Shown: positions 37,899-51,085 of the stretch, piece by piece | Layout of the letters: every line of letters starts with the position of its first letter | Position numbering within the stretch: position 1 is the stretch's first letter | DNA from: Phoronis australis | Taxonomy: Eukaryota; Animalia; Phoronida | Direction of reading: 5' to 3' | DNA length: 64,000 nucleotides | NCBI GenBank assembly: GCA_002633005.1 | Contig: NMRA01000159.1 | Span: 253,855 to 317,854, forward strand | The notes under the pieces: generated by a model | What the model was told of the DNA's origin: nothing | The model's database searches: none | Seen by the model: the letters and a program-made list of their open reading frames with translations, nothing else | Translations under genes and position numbers: made by a program

Positions 37899-39635
37899 AT
37901 CTGGTATTCTTGGGGGTGGGGTCGGCTATAAAATAAGGAAACTCACTCATCTAGAGAATCATTGCATAGTCTTGTAAAGTAACTGCTGTGAAAAAGTCAC
38001 CCTTGACTTCTGAGCGGCACGTCGGCCATACACCTCTTATATTGGGAGCACTCCCACCCAGGGCAATATGTGGATATGTGCTGGTAGCTTACCATCCGGG
38101 TCCCGGGTGAGTTTCTGAAGACAAACACTTACTTCCACTGAATAAACCCGATATTAAGTGGGGTAACTGGTGGGGAAAACATTACTGAGCGATGTCCATA
38201 GAAACTTAATTGCAGAAATTGGCATTGTTGAACACGACATCATATATATTTGATGATACCAATTAATGTAAGGTAGATCATGAATAGGAACTTGGCGTTG
38301 TTGAACACAACATCATGTTTATTTGATAATACCAGTAATATAATGTTGACCATGAATAGGAACTTCCAACAATGTACATGTATGTCCGGTTTAGAATTCC
38401 CTAAGGGCTTGCAGCAAACCTGATTTCTGAAGGAGGACTGAGAGCACATCTTGTGAAATACTAGTGAATGACTTGCTGAGGCAGTAGAACGCTTTCAGTT
38501 CGTTCAGACTCTCATATACTTTGTAAAATAGTTGCGTCTAAAACTAGGATGGAAGCCAAAAAGTTCATGGCGTTGGTGGTTACTGTCACAGGGACTTTAT
38601 GTGTGTTATCCTGATTTTCCTGGAGTCCTTCCACAAGTCAGAATTACTTAACTGAGCAATAAAAAGTGGCTGCAAGATCAAACTCTAACTTTTTTCATCT
38701 GGCTATTCGACTTTGTCGTAAAACGTGTTACAAGATGATGTAAAATAAGTACACCAATCACATTGCTTGCCCAATACTAAACTGACCAACAGGGATTCGC
38801 TTGATGTGAAATATTTACCAACATGACTTCTGAGTTAGACAGTAGGGGTACATGCCAAAATGGGGATTAAGCTTCACTGGTAGGTATGCTAAACACAAAG
38901 GAATGCACTAAGACTGGCATCTATAGAAGACACGGAAACAAAACTTAAAAAATCAATGAAGAGATGTATACTTCAGAGTGCCGAATAGTTACATGTACAT
39001 TCATCAAGGAAAATGCCTGCTTGTTTTATTAGTGAGATCTTCTTGATATGGGTATCACCAGGAGTCAGGACAGTAATGTTGTGCAAATGAATCAATGACG
39101 AAAATTGTAGTGCAGAAAGTAAACAAATCAAAGTAGTAAGACAAATGATGGAGTAGCTACATTTGAAATAATGAAATTAACCTAGTTTAGAATAATAAAC
39201 AAACAACACCTTCATGCCACATCACATATTTAATAAAATACAGACCTTCTACAATTCAGTAATGCAACTTTGAAATGCTCACTCATTATACTGATCTGCT
39301 ATTCTGTTTTTTGTTTCTGACATTGGTCTAATGGCTAAGATAGGAAGTTGCAGGATCTCTGTCTATTGTTAGGACAGTAAAACTTGCATAACTCCGATCT
39401 AATTGAACCAAATTGTTCAGCCCAAATAAGGAAAATCTGCCTGATGTGACTGAGAGGCTGTGTACATGATTTCGAATTTTTACCAGGCTGTGGAATACTA
39501 GAATGTCGCAGAAGTTTGGGATAGTCAGACTTAAAATTTTCAGACTCAGTGCAAGTTTAACTGGTTTTGTTAAAATCAGATTTTTCAGTGTCATGATGAA
39601 AGTGATAGCTAATCTGGGTGCAACTTGACCTACGT

Positions 39636-40176
39636 TCAAGATGAATAGAATATGGACTGACTGGAATGATCTCCTCATGTCGGGAGGGACATGTTCCTTT
39701 TTCTTCAAGACACTTGCTTGGAACCTCAATCTAATATCTGCAAGTGTTAGCCAGTAAAGTCATTAGTAGGAGTACAGGAGATAGTAATTTTTATTTTTAC
39801 TGTAATCTATTTTGTTTACGTAAGACCCCTCCTGTAGACCATGCCGGCATCTTCGGTAGTGGTTTCAGAGGGTGGCCAAGGGGTCATGTCCCCCTCTAAA
39901 ATTCTNTCAAGATGAATAGAATATGGACTGACTGGAATGATCTCCTCATGTCGGGAGGGACATGTTCCTTTTTCTTCAAGACTCTTGCTTGGAACCTCAA
40001 TCTAATATCTGCAAGTGTTAGCCAGTAAAGTCATTAGTAGGAGTACAGGAGATAGTAATTTTTATTTTTACTGTAATCTATTTTGTTTACGTGAGACCCC
40101 TCCTGTAGACCATGCCGGCATCTTCGGTAGTGGTTTCAGAGGGTGGCCAAGGGGTCATGTCCCCCTCTAAAATTCT
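39636..40176. repeat. Tandem duplication of about 270 bp joined by a single n (probable assembly overlap)
   Basis: 39636-39905 is nearly identical to 39907-40176; n at 39906. Confidence 0.85.
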
Positions 40177-40731
40177 TCCAGATTCCATTTGGCAGTGGGG
40201 GGTGCGAATGTCTGACGTGTGAAATCAAGGCTAAGAGTCTGCCCTGGCTTCCCTAACTCAAAATCCTGGATCCACCCCTGATCTTTACATGGATAAAATT
40301 ACCTGTAAATGGGTTATACCTGGATTCCTAAGAAGCTGTAACATACCGTTGTGTTTGCTTATATCTACTCATTGTTTTCAGGTCTCTGTTAACTTGGCGG
40401 AGAGCTTGGAAGAATTAGACATCCAAACATAGACATCGAAACAATCACCGCAGTGGTGGTATCGGTCTTTCTACACCCACATGGCAGATAGAGATTCACA
40501 TTTTTCATTGTTTTGCTAAAAATGGTGCTGCTATCAGGGTTTGAATTTGAAACAATTTAAAAAATCCCCTTGGTTTAGCCAATCCGCTTTTAATAACACA
40601 TTAAGTTTTGTTAGATGGACTTCTGGTTAAAATGGCGGATTTTAAGACGTGTTTTGAGGAGCTCTGCTGAGACGCACCGCGAAATTCAAATTTTTCATAC
40701 CGTAGTTGTATTTCTGCTTGCACGTTTTTGA

Positions 40732-41474
40732 ATGATGGGTCGCTCTAAACAGAAGAAGACTATCTCTGATTATTTTGTGGCTACGAGGTCAGCTTCAATG
40801 AGTAGCGAAACTCGTACTGCACCCGAGACAGAGCCTGCGTGGATTTCATCTATCAAGGAACAGTTAAATTAGCAGGTATGAACTCAACTCTGTCGGAAAT
40901 CAAGAATTCTATTGCAATAACTCACTCATTAGTGGAGGAAAGTAGCGAACGCTCTAAAAACAATGAAGCAAACATAAGGGCGTTGACGGAAGAAAATGAA
41001 AACTTGAAGAAACAATTATGTAATATCGAGTTTCAATCACGCCGTTCAAACCTTAGATTCGGTGGCATACGAGAAAGCGACAGGGAGTCCTCTAAAGAAA
41101 AGTTATGTTCCGTTTTGATAACGGTTTTCAACTGTAACACGTAGACGTCTCATTCGAGCTAGTGCATAGAACAGGAGTGAAAAAGAATGGAAAACTTCGG
41201 GCTATCATTGCGAAATTCACCTTTTTCGAACAAAGAGAGAAAATTCGGTCGGGGTGCAAGAATTTCAAGTGTAGAAGTATTTGTGAATGAAGAATTCCCC
41301 TGTCTAATGGGACAGAGGAGGAAGACGCTCATCCCGATTTTGAAGGCTGCAAAGGCTTCTCCTTCAGTGAAATCTATTTTCCTAACCAGAGACACAATTC
41401 ATGTTGACCGTAAGTCGTATTCTGTTGATACTTTTCAGGACATTCCTGCGTATTTCCGAGAATTGTTAGGTTAA
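40732..41474 (+). pseudogene. LINE ORF1 remnant (coiled coil + RRM-like region)
   Basis: ORF-track pieces 40839-41144 and 41187-41474 (IRALTEENENLKKQLCNIEFQSRRSNLRFGGI; VFVNEEFP...RRKTLIPILKAAK), frameshifted. Confidence 0.8.
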
Positions 41475-44119
41475 ACAAGTCTAGTGACTGCGTTTGAGTG
41501 TAGATAGTGTTTCTATAATTTCATTAAACTTAAGACTTCAGAATATTGTTTGGTTTATTGCTCATAGGATATGCTTACACTGCTTTTTGCAAACGGTATG
41601 TTTTCGTCTCTTTTCTACGGTACGTTAGCTATTGACTTGACTTTGTAACATATAGAACGGTCTTTTCTTTGCTTGTTTTTAGGCATCGGCCCATTATATC
41701 TACTTGTTAAGTTTACCGATGTGGGCAGTATTCTATTCAGTTGAGTCTTTCATTGTGTCTACAACTGATTTGCATATCAACACAGGTCTATGCGTGCGGG
41801 TATCGTATTAGCTGATGTCCAGTGTGTATCATGGAGGTGGTGAAGTACATTTTAGCCACGCGCTTTTGTTTTTACACATATTTCTGAGTAGAATTTTTGT
41901 TGAATCATCAATTTGCCTACGTTCTATATACATCTCATTTAGTATTTTAATTTATGGAACCGATTTGCCATGTCTTTCGTCGGAACATGGTTAGTTATCT
42001 TATCTTTAAACTCCAGAGGGTTAACGGACAAAATTAAGACAAAGGATGTCTTTTTGAGACGGAAGTGTTGTGGTATCTATTGTTTGCAAGAAACTCATTT
42101 TATTGAATCATAAATTTGTGTTATTAGGGCCCAGTGAGGATATGATGTTTTCTTGAGCCCTGGAACAAGAGAATTGAGACGTGTCTGCATACTGCTAAAT
42201 AAAAGCTTTGAATGTGAAGTTGGTAAAATCCGTCATGATGATAAAGGAAATCTTGTTGTCATCGAATTACTAATTGAAAATCGAGTCTCAATAACGTTAG
42301 CTTATATTTATGGTCCCAACAAGGATAATCCTGACTGTTTTAGAACCCTGCTTCAGGTAGTCTCTGACTACAATGCCGAGTTCATAATCATTTGCGGCGA
42401 CTGGAATTTGGTTCAGGATTTCAATCTTGACTGTTTAGGATACAAGCACCAAAACAATTCGGCTGCAAGAAAACAAGTTATCGCAAGATGTCGCAGTTAA
42501 ATTTGGTCGACCCGTGATGGTTACGTAACCTAAATACAACAAGCTACACTTGGTTCAGAATTAACCCTTGTAAGCAACCGCGTCTGGATTTTTTTCTAGT
42601 GTCCGACGAGTTTTCCTCTTGGATAGAAAATATTGAAACGTCCCCAGGTTATAGAACCAATCATCATTGTGTCTTGACTACTATTCAGGACTCTAAATTT
42701 GTTAGAGGTAAAGGTCTATAGCGACTCAACAAATCCTTATTACGTACTGTAGAATACATTAGCAATGTGACAAAATCATAGTTGAAACAGAGAAGGAATA
42801 TTTATCTCCTGATAATGACTCCAATTTGTCAGACGGTCAGTCGACTATAGACAACTCTCTTCTTCTTGAGATGATTCTATTGAATATTAGAAATTATACT
42901 TTGTCTTATCCAGGTTTTAAGTAAAAAGAAAAGCATCGACATGAAAAGAATTTAGAGGAGCAATTAAGTCTTCTTGGAGAAATGATTGTGCAACAATAAT
43001 TGTGCTCTGCTCCTTGAAATTTATTCAGATTTGCAGAACTATTACGAAGATATTAGCAAGGACAGAGTGAAAGGTATGATGATGAGATCTCGGGTAAAAT
43101 GTATCGAGGATGGTGAAAAACCGTCCAAATACTGTAGTAACTTACAAAAACGTAGTTACGTGAAGAAGAATGTTGACGAGACTGGACAAAGCTTGACAAA
43201 CCAAAAGCTATACTGTGAGCAATCGAAAAATTCTATGCAAATTTATATGCAGCCAAAGAAAATGACTCTCTCCAATATGAATTGGAAGACTTGGTGACCC
43301 CTGACAATATATCGAAACTAGACGCCGACTTGAAAGAAAAACTAGAATGACCAATAACATGTACTGAAGCTGTGGCTGTCCTTAAATGCATGAAAAATGA
43401 CAAAACTCCGGGGACTGGTGGTTTTCCTGTAGAGTTTTACAATTTTTTTGGAAAGAATTGTCGCCATTTTTGATCAAATCTGTTAATTACAGGTTTTGAA
43501 GCGTATCAAACAATAAAAGAAAAACGTATTTTAAAAAATCCTAAAAATGTTTTTGTATGGATTACAGCACATCCAATATNCTTTTCAGGACATTCCTGCG
43601 TATTTCCGAGAATTGTTAGGTTAAACAAGTCTAGTGACTGCGTTTGAGTGTAGATAATGTTTCTATAATTTCATTAAACTTAAGACTTCAGAATATTGTT
43701 TGGTTTATTGCTCATAGGATATGCTTACACTGCTTTTTGCAAACGGTATGTTTTCGTCTCTTTTCTGCGGTACGTTAGCTATTGACTTGACTTTGTAACA
43801 TATAGAACGGTCTTTTCTTTGCTTGTTTTTAGGCATCGGCCCATTATATCTACTTGTTAAGTTTACCGATGTGGACAGTATTCTATTCAGTTGAGTCTTT
43901 CATTGTGTCTACAACTGATTTGCATATCAACACAGGTCTATGCGTGCGGGTATCGTCTTAGCTGATGTCAGTGTGTATCATGGAGGTGGTGAAGTACATT
44001 TTAGCCATGTGCTTTTTGTTTTTTCACATATTTTTGAGTGGAATTTTTGTTGAATCATCAATTTGCCTACGTTCTATATACATCTCACTTAGTATTTTAA
44101 TTTATGGAACCGATTTGCC

Positions 44120-47100
44120 ATGTCTTTCGTCGGAACATGGTTAGTTATCTTATCTTTAAACTCCAGAGGGTTAAGGAACAAAATTAAGACAAAGGATGTC
44201 TTTGAATTTTTGAGACGGAAGTGTTGTGGTATCTATTGCTTGCACGAAACTCATTTTATTGAATCATAAATTTGTGTTATTAGGGCCCAGTGGGGTTATG
44301 ATGTTTTCTTGAGCCCTGGAACAAGAGAATCGAGACGTGTCTGCATATTGCTAAATAAAAGCTTTGAATGTGAAGTTGGTAAAATCCGTCATGATGATAA
44401 AGGAAATCTTGTTGTCATCGAATTACTAATTGAAAATCGAGTCTCAATAACGTTAGCTTATATTTATGGTCCCAACAAGGATAATCCTGAATGTTTTAGA
44501 ACCCTGCTTCAGGTAGTCTCTGACTACAATTCCGAGTTCATAATCATTTGCGGCGACTGGAATTTGGTTCAGGATTTCAATCTTGACTGTTTAGGATACA
44601 AGCACCATCATTGTGTCTTGACTACTATTCAGGCCTCTAAATTTGTTAGAGGTAAAGGTCTATAGCGACTTAACAAATCCTTATTACGTGCTGTAGAATA
44701 CATTAGCAATGTGACAAAATCATAGTTGAAACAGAGAAGGAATATTTATCGCCTGATAATGACTCCAATTTGTCAGACGGTCAGTCGACTATAGACAACT
44801 CTCTTCTTCTTGAGATGATTCTTTTGAATATTAGAAATTATACTTTGTCTTATCCAGGTTTTAAGAAAAAAGAAAAGCATCGACATGAAAAGAATTTAGA
44901 GGAGCAATTAAGTCTTCTTGGAGAAATGATGTGCAACAATAATTGTGCTCTGCTCCTTGAAATTTATTCAGATTTGCAGAACTATTACGAAGATATTAGC
45001 AAGGACAGAGTGAAAGGTATGATGATGAGATCTCGGGTAAAATGTATCGAGGATGGTGAAAAACCGTCCAAATATTGTAGTAACTTACAAAAACGTAGTT
45101 ACGTGAAGAAGAATGTTGACGAGACTGGACAAAGCTTGACAGACCAAAAGCTATACTGTGTGCAATCGAAAAATTCTATGCAAATTTATATGCAGCCAAA
45201 GAAAATGACTCTCTCCAATATGAATTGGAAGACTTGGTGACCCCTGAAAATATATCGAAACTAGACGCCGACTTGAAAGAAAAACTAGAAGGACCAATAA
45301 CATGTATTGAAGCTGTGGCTGTCCTTAAATGCATGAAAAATGACAAAACTCCAGGGACTGGTGGTTTTCCTGTAGAGTTTTACAATTTTTTGGAAAGAAT
45401 TGTCGTCATCTTTGATCAAATCTGTTAATTACAGGTTTTGAAGCGGCCGTCTCTCTACCACTATGCGTCAAGGTGTCATACTTTAATTCCTAAGGGCAAG
45501 AAACCACGTGAATACATTAAAAATTGAGGACCAATCTCCTTACTAAATTCAAGTTATAACTATTATCAGCATGCATTGAACAAAAGATAAAATCTGTTTT
45601 AAGAGGCATTATCTGAGAAAACCTACAGAGGTCGGCAGAGGCAAGTTAAAAGGCATAGATTTTGAAAATGGGATTTATTAAGTGTATCAAACAATAAAAG
45701 AAAAACGTATTTTAAAAAATCCTAAAAATGTTTTTGTATGGATTACAGCACATCCAATATTCCCATGTATTCCAAAAGGAAAATGGCTAGCAAGTGTGGA
45801 ATTTCAAAAGGCTTTTATCAAAAAGTGGTTCCAAACTATTTGAAAATAAGTTAATTCATCCTAATCAAACTGGGTTTCTCCCAGGTCGTTTTATCGGGGA
45901 GAACACCAGAGTGATTTATGACATGTTACAATATACTCAAATTAAGGATATTCCCGGACTTCTGGTATTAATTGATTTCGAAAAAGCCTTTGATTCTGTG
46001 TCCTGGGGATTTCTTAAGAAAGTTCTACACTACTTCAATTTTGGTGACGATATTATTCGTTGGTTCACACTACTCAATCAAAGTGTCCAACTTTTTGTCA
46101 TTCAATATGGTTTTACGTCTAACTACTTTAACATTTGCCGAGGTTGCAGACAAGGGGATCCCCTTTCACCTTATCTTTTTGTTGTGTGCCGAAGTTATGG
46201 CATCTATGTTGAGGCAATGCGAGAATGTTAAAGGCATAAAAGTAGGCTTTTTAGAGTAAAAATTAGTGCAGTATGCAGACGACACGGTCCTCTTTCTAGA
46301 TGGTTCAAAGACCTCTTTAAAGTCGTCATTTAACCAGCTTTATCAGTTTGCTAAGTATTCTGGTTTGACACCCAATATCGATAAAACTGTTTGTATATTA
46401 ATTGGTTCCAAGATATGTTGTGGTGATAAGCTTTGCTGTGAAAAAGATTTAAAATGGGAAAGTTCCCAGTTCACATCTCTTGGAATTACCTTCGCTGTCA
46501 ACTTACAGGACATGATTCACTTAAACTACGATGTAAAATTAAACAAGGTCAGAAAAAGCATTGTAAATTGATCAAAAAGAAATTTAACCACCTTTGGTAA
46601 GATAAAGGTTGTCAAATCCTTTTTATTACCAAAACTGAATTCATCTCTTTTACAGACTTCATTTTCTAAATGCTTCATTTTAAGGACATTGAAAAAATAT
46701 TTTTAATTATATATTAGGTACCTTTTCTCTAGAAAAACCATGGTACAGATATCTGAAGATGGAGGTGGGAATATGGTCCCTATTGCGTCATTTGTCAAAG
46801 CTATTAAACTGACTTGGATTCTGAGATTCTTCAAAAACTATTATAACAATAATTTTCCTTGGCTAAATATTTTATGTGAAACTATTCATAATATAAAAAG
46901 GACTCTTTTCAGTTAGGTTCTTGTTTTTTCTATAAAGTACATGTAGCTAACCGTACTAAGAATATTTTTGGAAGGATATTTTTACATCTTATACGAGTTT
47001 ATCAATCTGTAAGAGATACAGGTTATAGATGACCTTTTGTACCAACCTTTGTGGTATAACCCCAAAATTTGTATAGACAGTAGTCAATTTTTTTGGAATG

Positions 47101-47971
47101 AGTGGTTTCAAAAGGGTATGCGATACATATACGATTTAATTGACCTTGATCAAGGATATATTTATGATTATCATACCTTTTGTACACGTTTTCAAGTCTG
47201 CCCTTGTATTACTCATTTTTATGGAATTCGAAGTTCAATACTTCGTTCTTGGAATCGTCTAAGAGACAAGAGTACCATAGTCACTCCACTTTTTCCAGAA
47301 CATATTTTTCGAATCTCATCGTAAAATAAAGGGACGGGAAAAATCTATAATTAATTATTCATTTCCAAATTGTATGTAAAACCTGTAGCGGAATTGAAGT
47401 GGGAGAGAGAAATTATCTTATATACAATTGAATTTCCGATGTCAGACTCAGACGGTTTCAATTCCGTATCAGCAACAGACTTATTGGTACAAACTCTTAT
47501 TTAAATATAATTAGTGAATCGTCTTTATGTTATTTCTGTGAGCAACATGAAGAAAGAATTCTACATTTCTATTGGGAATGTTCACTTGTTCAGAAGTTTT
47601 GGGGATGTTTAAAAAGATGGATGATAAATCAGTACGATTTTCCTCTGCAGTTAAACATGTCTTCAGCCTTGTTTGGAGATCCAGCCTGTAGATTAGAAGT
47701 TGTAAATTTAATTCTTTGCTTAGCGAAATTTCACTTATATGGGCAAAGACTCCAAAAGGGTAAGCCCAATTTTCAGTCATTTTTACGTGAGGTATGTGAT
47801 TTCCACAACCTGGAAAAAATTATTTACAATGATAAATTGGATCTTGAGAGATTCCAGGCATGGTGGTCTTCTTTTTGCCTACCTAGCTTTTTAGAGTTCG
47901 ATAATGTTCGTAATTTCTTTGATGTACACGTGACTAGATTTCATATTGCTGCACAACCATGTACTGGTTAG
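44120..47971 (+). pseudogene. LINE ORF2 remnant (APE endonuclease - reverse transcriptase - zinc knuckle)
   Basis: APE and RT motifs in the correct order across frameshifted ORFs from 44309 to 47971. A first partial copy lies at about 41970-43500. Confidence 0.9.
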
Positions 47972-49189
47972 TTGAATTAATAAATGTTTCATTCAAAAAA
48001 AGTTTTGTAATATGCATGGTTTGCTCTAGATTGTGATTGCATGCTAGGTTAACATATCATGCATGTGTATGTTTTGTGCTCAAGTTGTGTAGAATAAATT
48101 TGTTTTGAATGTCTTAGTAGTGAATCCAGGATATTTAAAACTCTATTGAAAACAACTGGAAAACTGACCCACTGCAGTGTATGCTTGGAGTTAGTGTAAC
48201 TTGCACACTTGTACAAGTTTTTGAATCCTTGAGAGTGATTGGTTAAGCTTGAGTTTGAAGACTATTTTCGAGGCTCTTTGTATAATGCAGTAATTGCATG
48301 CTAGTTTTACAAATCAGTGTTGTATAAAGAGCACATTAAATATCCAGCAAGTTAACTTGTCTCATAGTGATATCTTATACCCGTCTGTTATTAAATTTTA
48401 GTGTCTTAGTTGCAGAAATTGGCTTTGACAATCGCTGGATAAGGACGGCTATCCAGTAACCAGACAACACAACGTACGCACTGACGAACTGTAGCTCATG
48501 AACCTGTTAAACGGTTGAAAACCATGATAGGTAATTCTAGGCACTATTTCTAGCCTAAGGATTGTAGTTACCAAAATCATAGCTGTGACCATTTCCCATA
48601 AACTTTCAGATACCTGTTACGTTTTATTTTATGCTCTTGTCTCTGGGGATATTCTTGGATTTTCCATGTTAAGTGATTTGTTATTCCTGCATGGTGTCAG
48701 TGCTGTAGCTTTAGTAGAAAAAGTCTGTGCTGATGAAGCGTAGACTTTTGTTGTAGTCCTTCCTGGCCATGTAATCACTTTTTCTTTGGTTTTGTTTCAT
48801 GATTTGGTAGTGGTTTCTCTGTTGGTACACTCTGTTTTGATCCCTCAATTCTCACGTATTGTCATAGACTGAGAACAATTCATGTATGAATATATTGTTA
48901 GCCTGATTTAGTTTTCACTGCATCGAATTTATGATTCTTGATGAACTGATTTTTGATATGTTTCTGGTTTTTGAAGTTCTTGCATTGTTCACACATGTTC
49001 ACTTATTATAAGGAACTAGTATACTTTGAGGAAGTGCATTTCAATTTCTGCTATTAATCACTGCTAAGAAAATGTTAGTAGAACTGTATATTTTTATGAA
49101 AGTCATTAAATTCGTTACTGTACTCCACTCTTGTTTTAATGAAAATTGAATTTTCTGAATGGCTGTCTTATTGAAAGTTATTGCTCTTG

Positions 49190-49628
49190 GAAACTTCAGT
49201 TTTCAAAACTTAGTTCTTTTATAATTTATGTTTGTTTCTAAAAACTTGTTCCAAAATACTTAATTTTTTGAAACAAACTTCAGCTTTCAAAACTTAAGAT
49301 TTCAGAACTTATGTTTTTAAAACTTAAGTTTTTAGAATTTAAGTTTTTGAAAAACTTAAGTTTTCAAAATTTAAGTTTTTAGAACTCAAGTTTTTGAAAA
49401 ACTTAAGCTCCAGGAACTTAAATTTTTAGAACTTAAGTTTTTGAAAAGCTTATTAGAACTTTTATTAGTTTTTGAAAACTTAAGTTATGAAAACTTAAGT
49501 TTGTTCCAAAAAACTTGCTCTAAAATTCTTAAATATTTAAGTTTTTATGGATAAAAAAACTTACAAAGTAAATTTTCAGACCAAAAATTTAAGTTTTTCG
49601 ATGAAAACTTTAGTTCATTTTTGTAGGG
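49190..49628. repeat. Array of AAAACTTAAGTTTT palindromic units ending in TTTTTGTAGGG (CACTA/EnSpm-like terminus)
   Basis: About 20 degenerate 15-17 bp units. The reverse complement of the end reads CCCTACAAAAAA. Confidence 0.7.
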
Positions 49629-50917
49629 GCTTAGTCAGAACACAGATTCAAAAATCAAGCATTAATTGCCGTTCGTATCCTTCACATCTGGCACAAACTT
49701 AAAATACACAGCCAACCTAACAGGTACCACTTTTGTTGAATTTACCAGAGGCAAATTCAAAAAACAATTTAGCGCCACCTTAGGAAGTGATGGAGTGGGA
49801 CTTCCGCTTGCCTGTGTGCACGTCTATACAGTTAGCTTACTGATCAAATTTTGGAAGCGGCAGAAGGTGAACCAGTTTTCAAACACTGTGCACTGTGATG
49901 AATCACAGGATGAGGTCACCAGGAGCCTTACACCCTCCGCCTTTCATAAAGTGTCATCGTTTCCGCACCTCCTCTCGAGTAATGACGTAATACATGTGTG
50001 TGAATACTCCCTATGATCGTCTCGTTCTAACGTATCGCCTTACCAGTCTTTGGTTTCAAGGAGTCAAAGCTTTGAGGCCGGGTCATGAAGATAATGTGAG
50101 GTGACTTATTATTTGTATTTATGTTATTGAGAGAAATGGTATAATGCGAACTTCGAATTAGCATTGAGTCATTTTAAACAACCCAAATTACCCTAGACAC
50201 TTAGGCACTAGACTTGAAAACAGAAGGCGCAATTTCTGGGTTGTTTGCATGGATGTTGACATAACTTCTGTGTACCGGGTACCAAATAGCAGATCGTCTT
50301 TGTGAACATGTTGCAACAATTTTCTTCTAGTTGTCGACATTTGACATCTGTAGCGAGTGTACAATAAGTTGGTTCTTCACAATTGGCTTGAAGTCGCATT
50401 TTTTGAATTTAAAACATTTGATCTTTACAATCAGACTCAAATACAGTCGTAACAGAAATTTAGTGTTCGGAACATTGAAATGTCCACTTTGGCCAATCTC
50501 GTGACCAAAAACGCTTCACATCAAGAAGAATATCATTTATATCATCTCGATTTTGATTCGCTGTTTTAACTTTCCACTAAAACTGTACTTATTTAAAAAC
50601 ATCCACAAATTTTAAAGAAGATGTTGGAGGCGTCATTATCAAACGTTTAGCCAGGAGTGTCTCACAAAGGAACAAATTGATAGTTGTGGTGTGGCATTCA
50701 TTAGATACATGTATAAGTAAGTAGAGAGGATGAATGCGCCCTACTCTTAACAAACTGCATCATAATTTTTGCACGAACGGGTTTTTGGCGCATGTGTACC
50801 CTAATAGCTCTGTATGGCGCTCTAAATAGTGTGTGGTGACACTAAAAAGTGCCTTTCTAGGTTTTTCCTGAAACATGGATTGACATGGTCTCCTCAGTAG
50901 TTTTGGGGCCCGCACCG

Positions 50918-51085
50918 CAGGGATATACTTAGCCACTTGCCCAGTCGCCAATGGGAGTAAAAATGGTGCGGGGCGAGTAGAAGTTGACTTGCCGGTCGCC
51001 CAGGTGGCGAGCGAATTTTCAGACAGCAAAAACACTATATCGTTTCCCAGGTGAGCATGAATAAATTTTCTCCTCGACCCTTGTG
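50918..51085. mobile_element. hAT-like element end with (T)CGCC / GGCGAG subterminal repeats
   Basis: CAGGG start followed by cacttgcccagtcgcc...ggcgagt motifs. Partner end not found. Confidence 0.35.

Larger units (their letters stand above)
36742..40500 (-). pseudogene. Putative decayed multi-exon gene resembling a beta-class DNA amino-methyltransferase
   Basis: Splice-bounded minus-strand pieces: CHAALLECGRHAVGIERS (about 36818-36871), SFSFPHVPSRKGNESLLSTHDSLPMKVHPHWLV (36930-37092), NIGFIQWK and AFYCLSKSFTSISQDVLSVLLQKSGL. Stops and frameshifts present; catalytic motifs not intact. Confidence 0.3.
40618..47999 (+). mobile_element. Full-length but decayed L1/Tx1-like LINE (ORF1 + EN-RT ORF2), with an internal haplotype duplication
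   Basis: 5' end GACTTCTGGTTAAAATGGCGG. ORF1 from about 40732 with a coiled coil and SRRSNLRFGGI. ORF2 motifs LQETH, IYGPN, CGDWN, RLDFFL (APE) and QTGFLPGR, DFEKAFDSV, RGCRQGDPLSP, QYADD (RT), plus a CxxC zinc knuckle. AATAAA then an A tail. Flanks AAGTTTTGTTAGATG and AAGTTTTGTAATATG (13/15 match) act as the TSD. Confidence 0.93.

Noticed and set aside
39328-39729. 133-aa minus-strand ORF as a stand-alone gene
   Set aside because: Non-ATG start and no recognisable domain. At most it is part of the decayed relic described in the findings.
39636-45760. Biological tandem duplications at 39906 and 43520
   Set aside because: Each junction is a single n between near-identical overlapping sequences, the typical pattern of unmerged heterozygous contigs.
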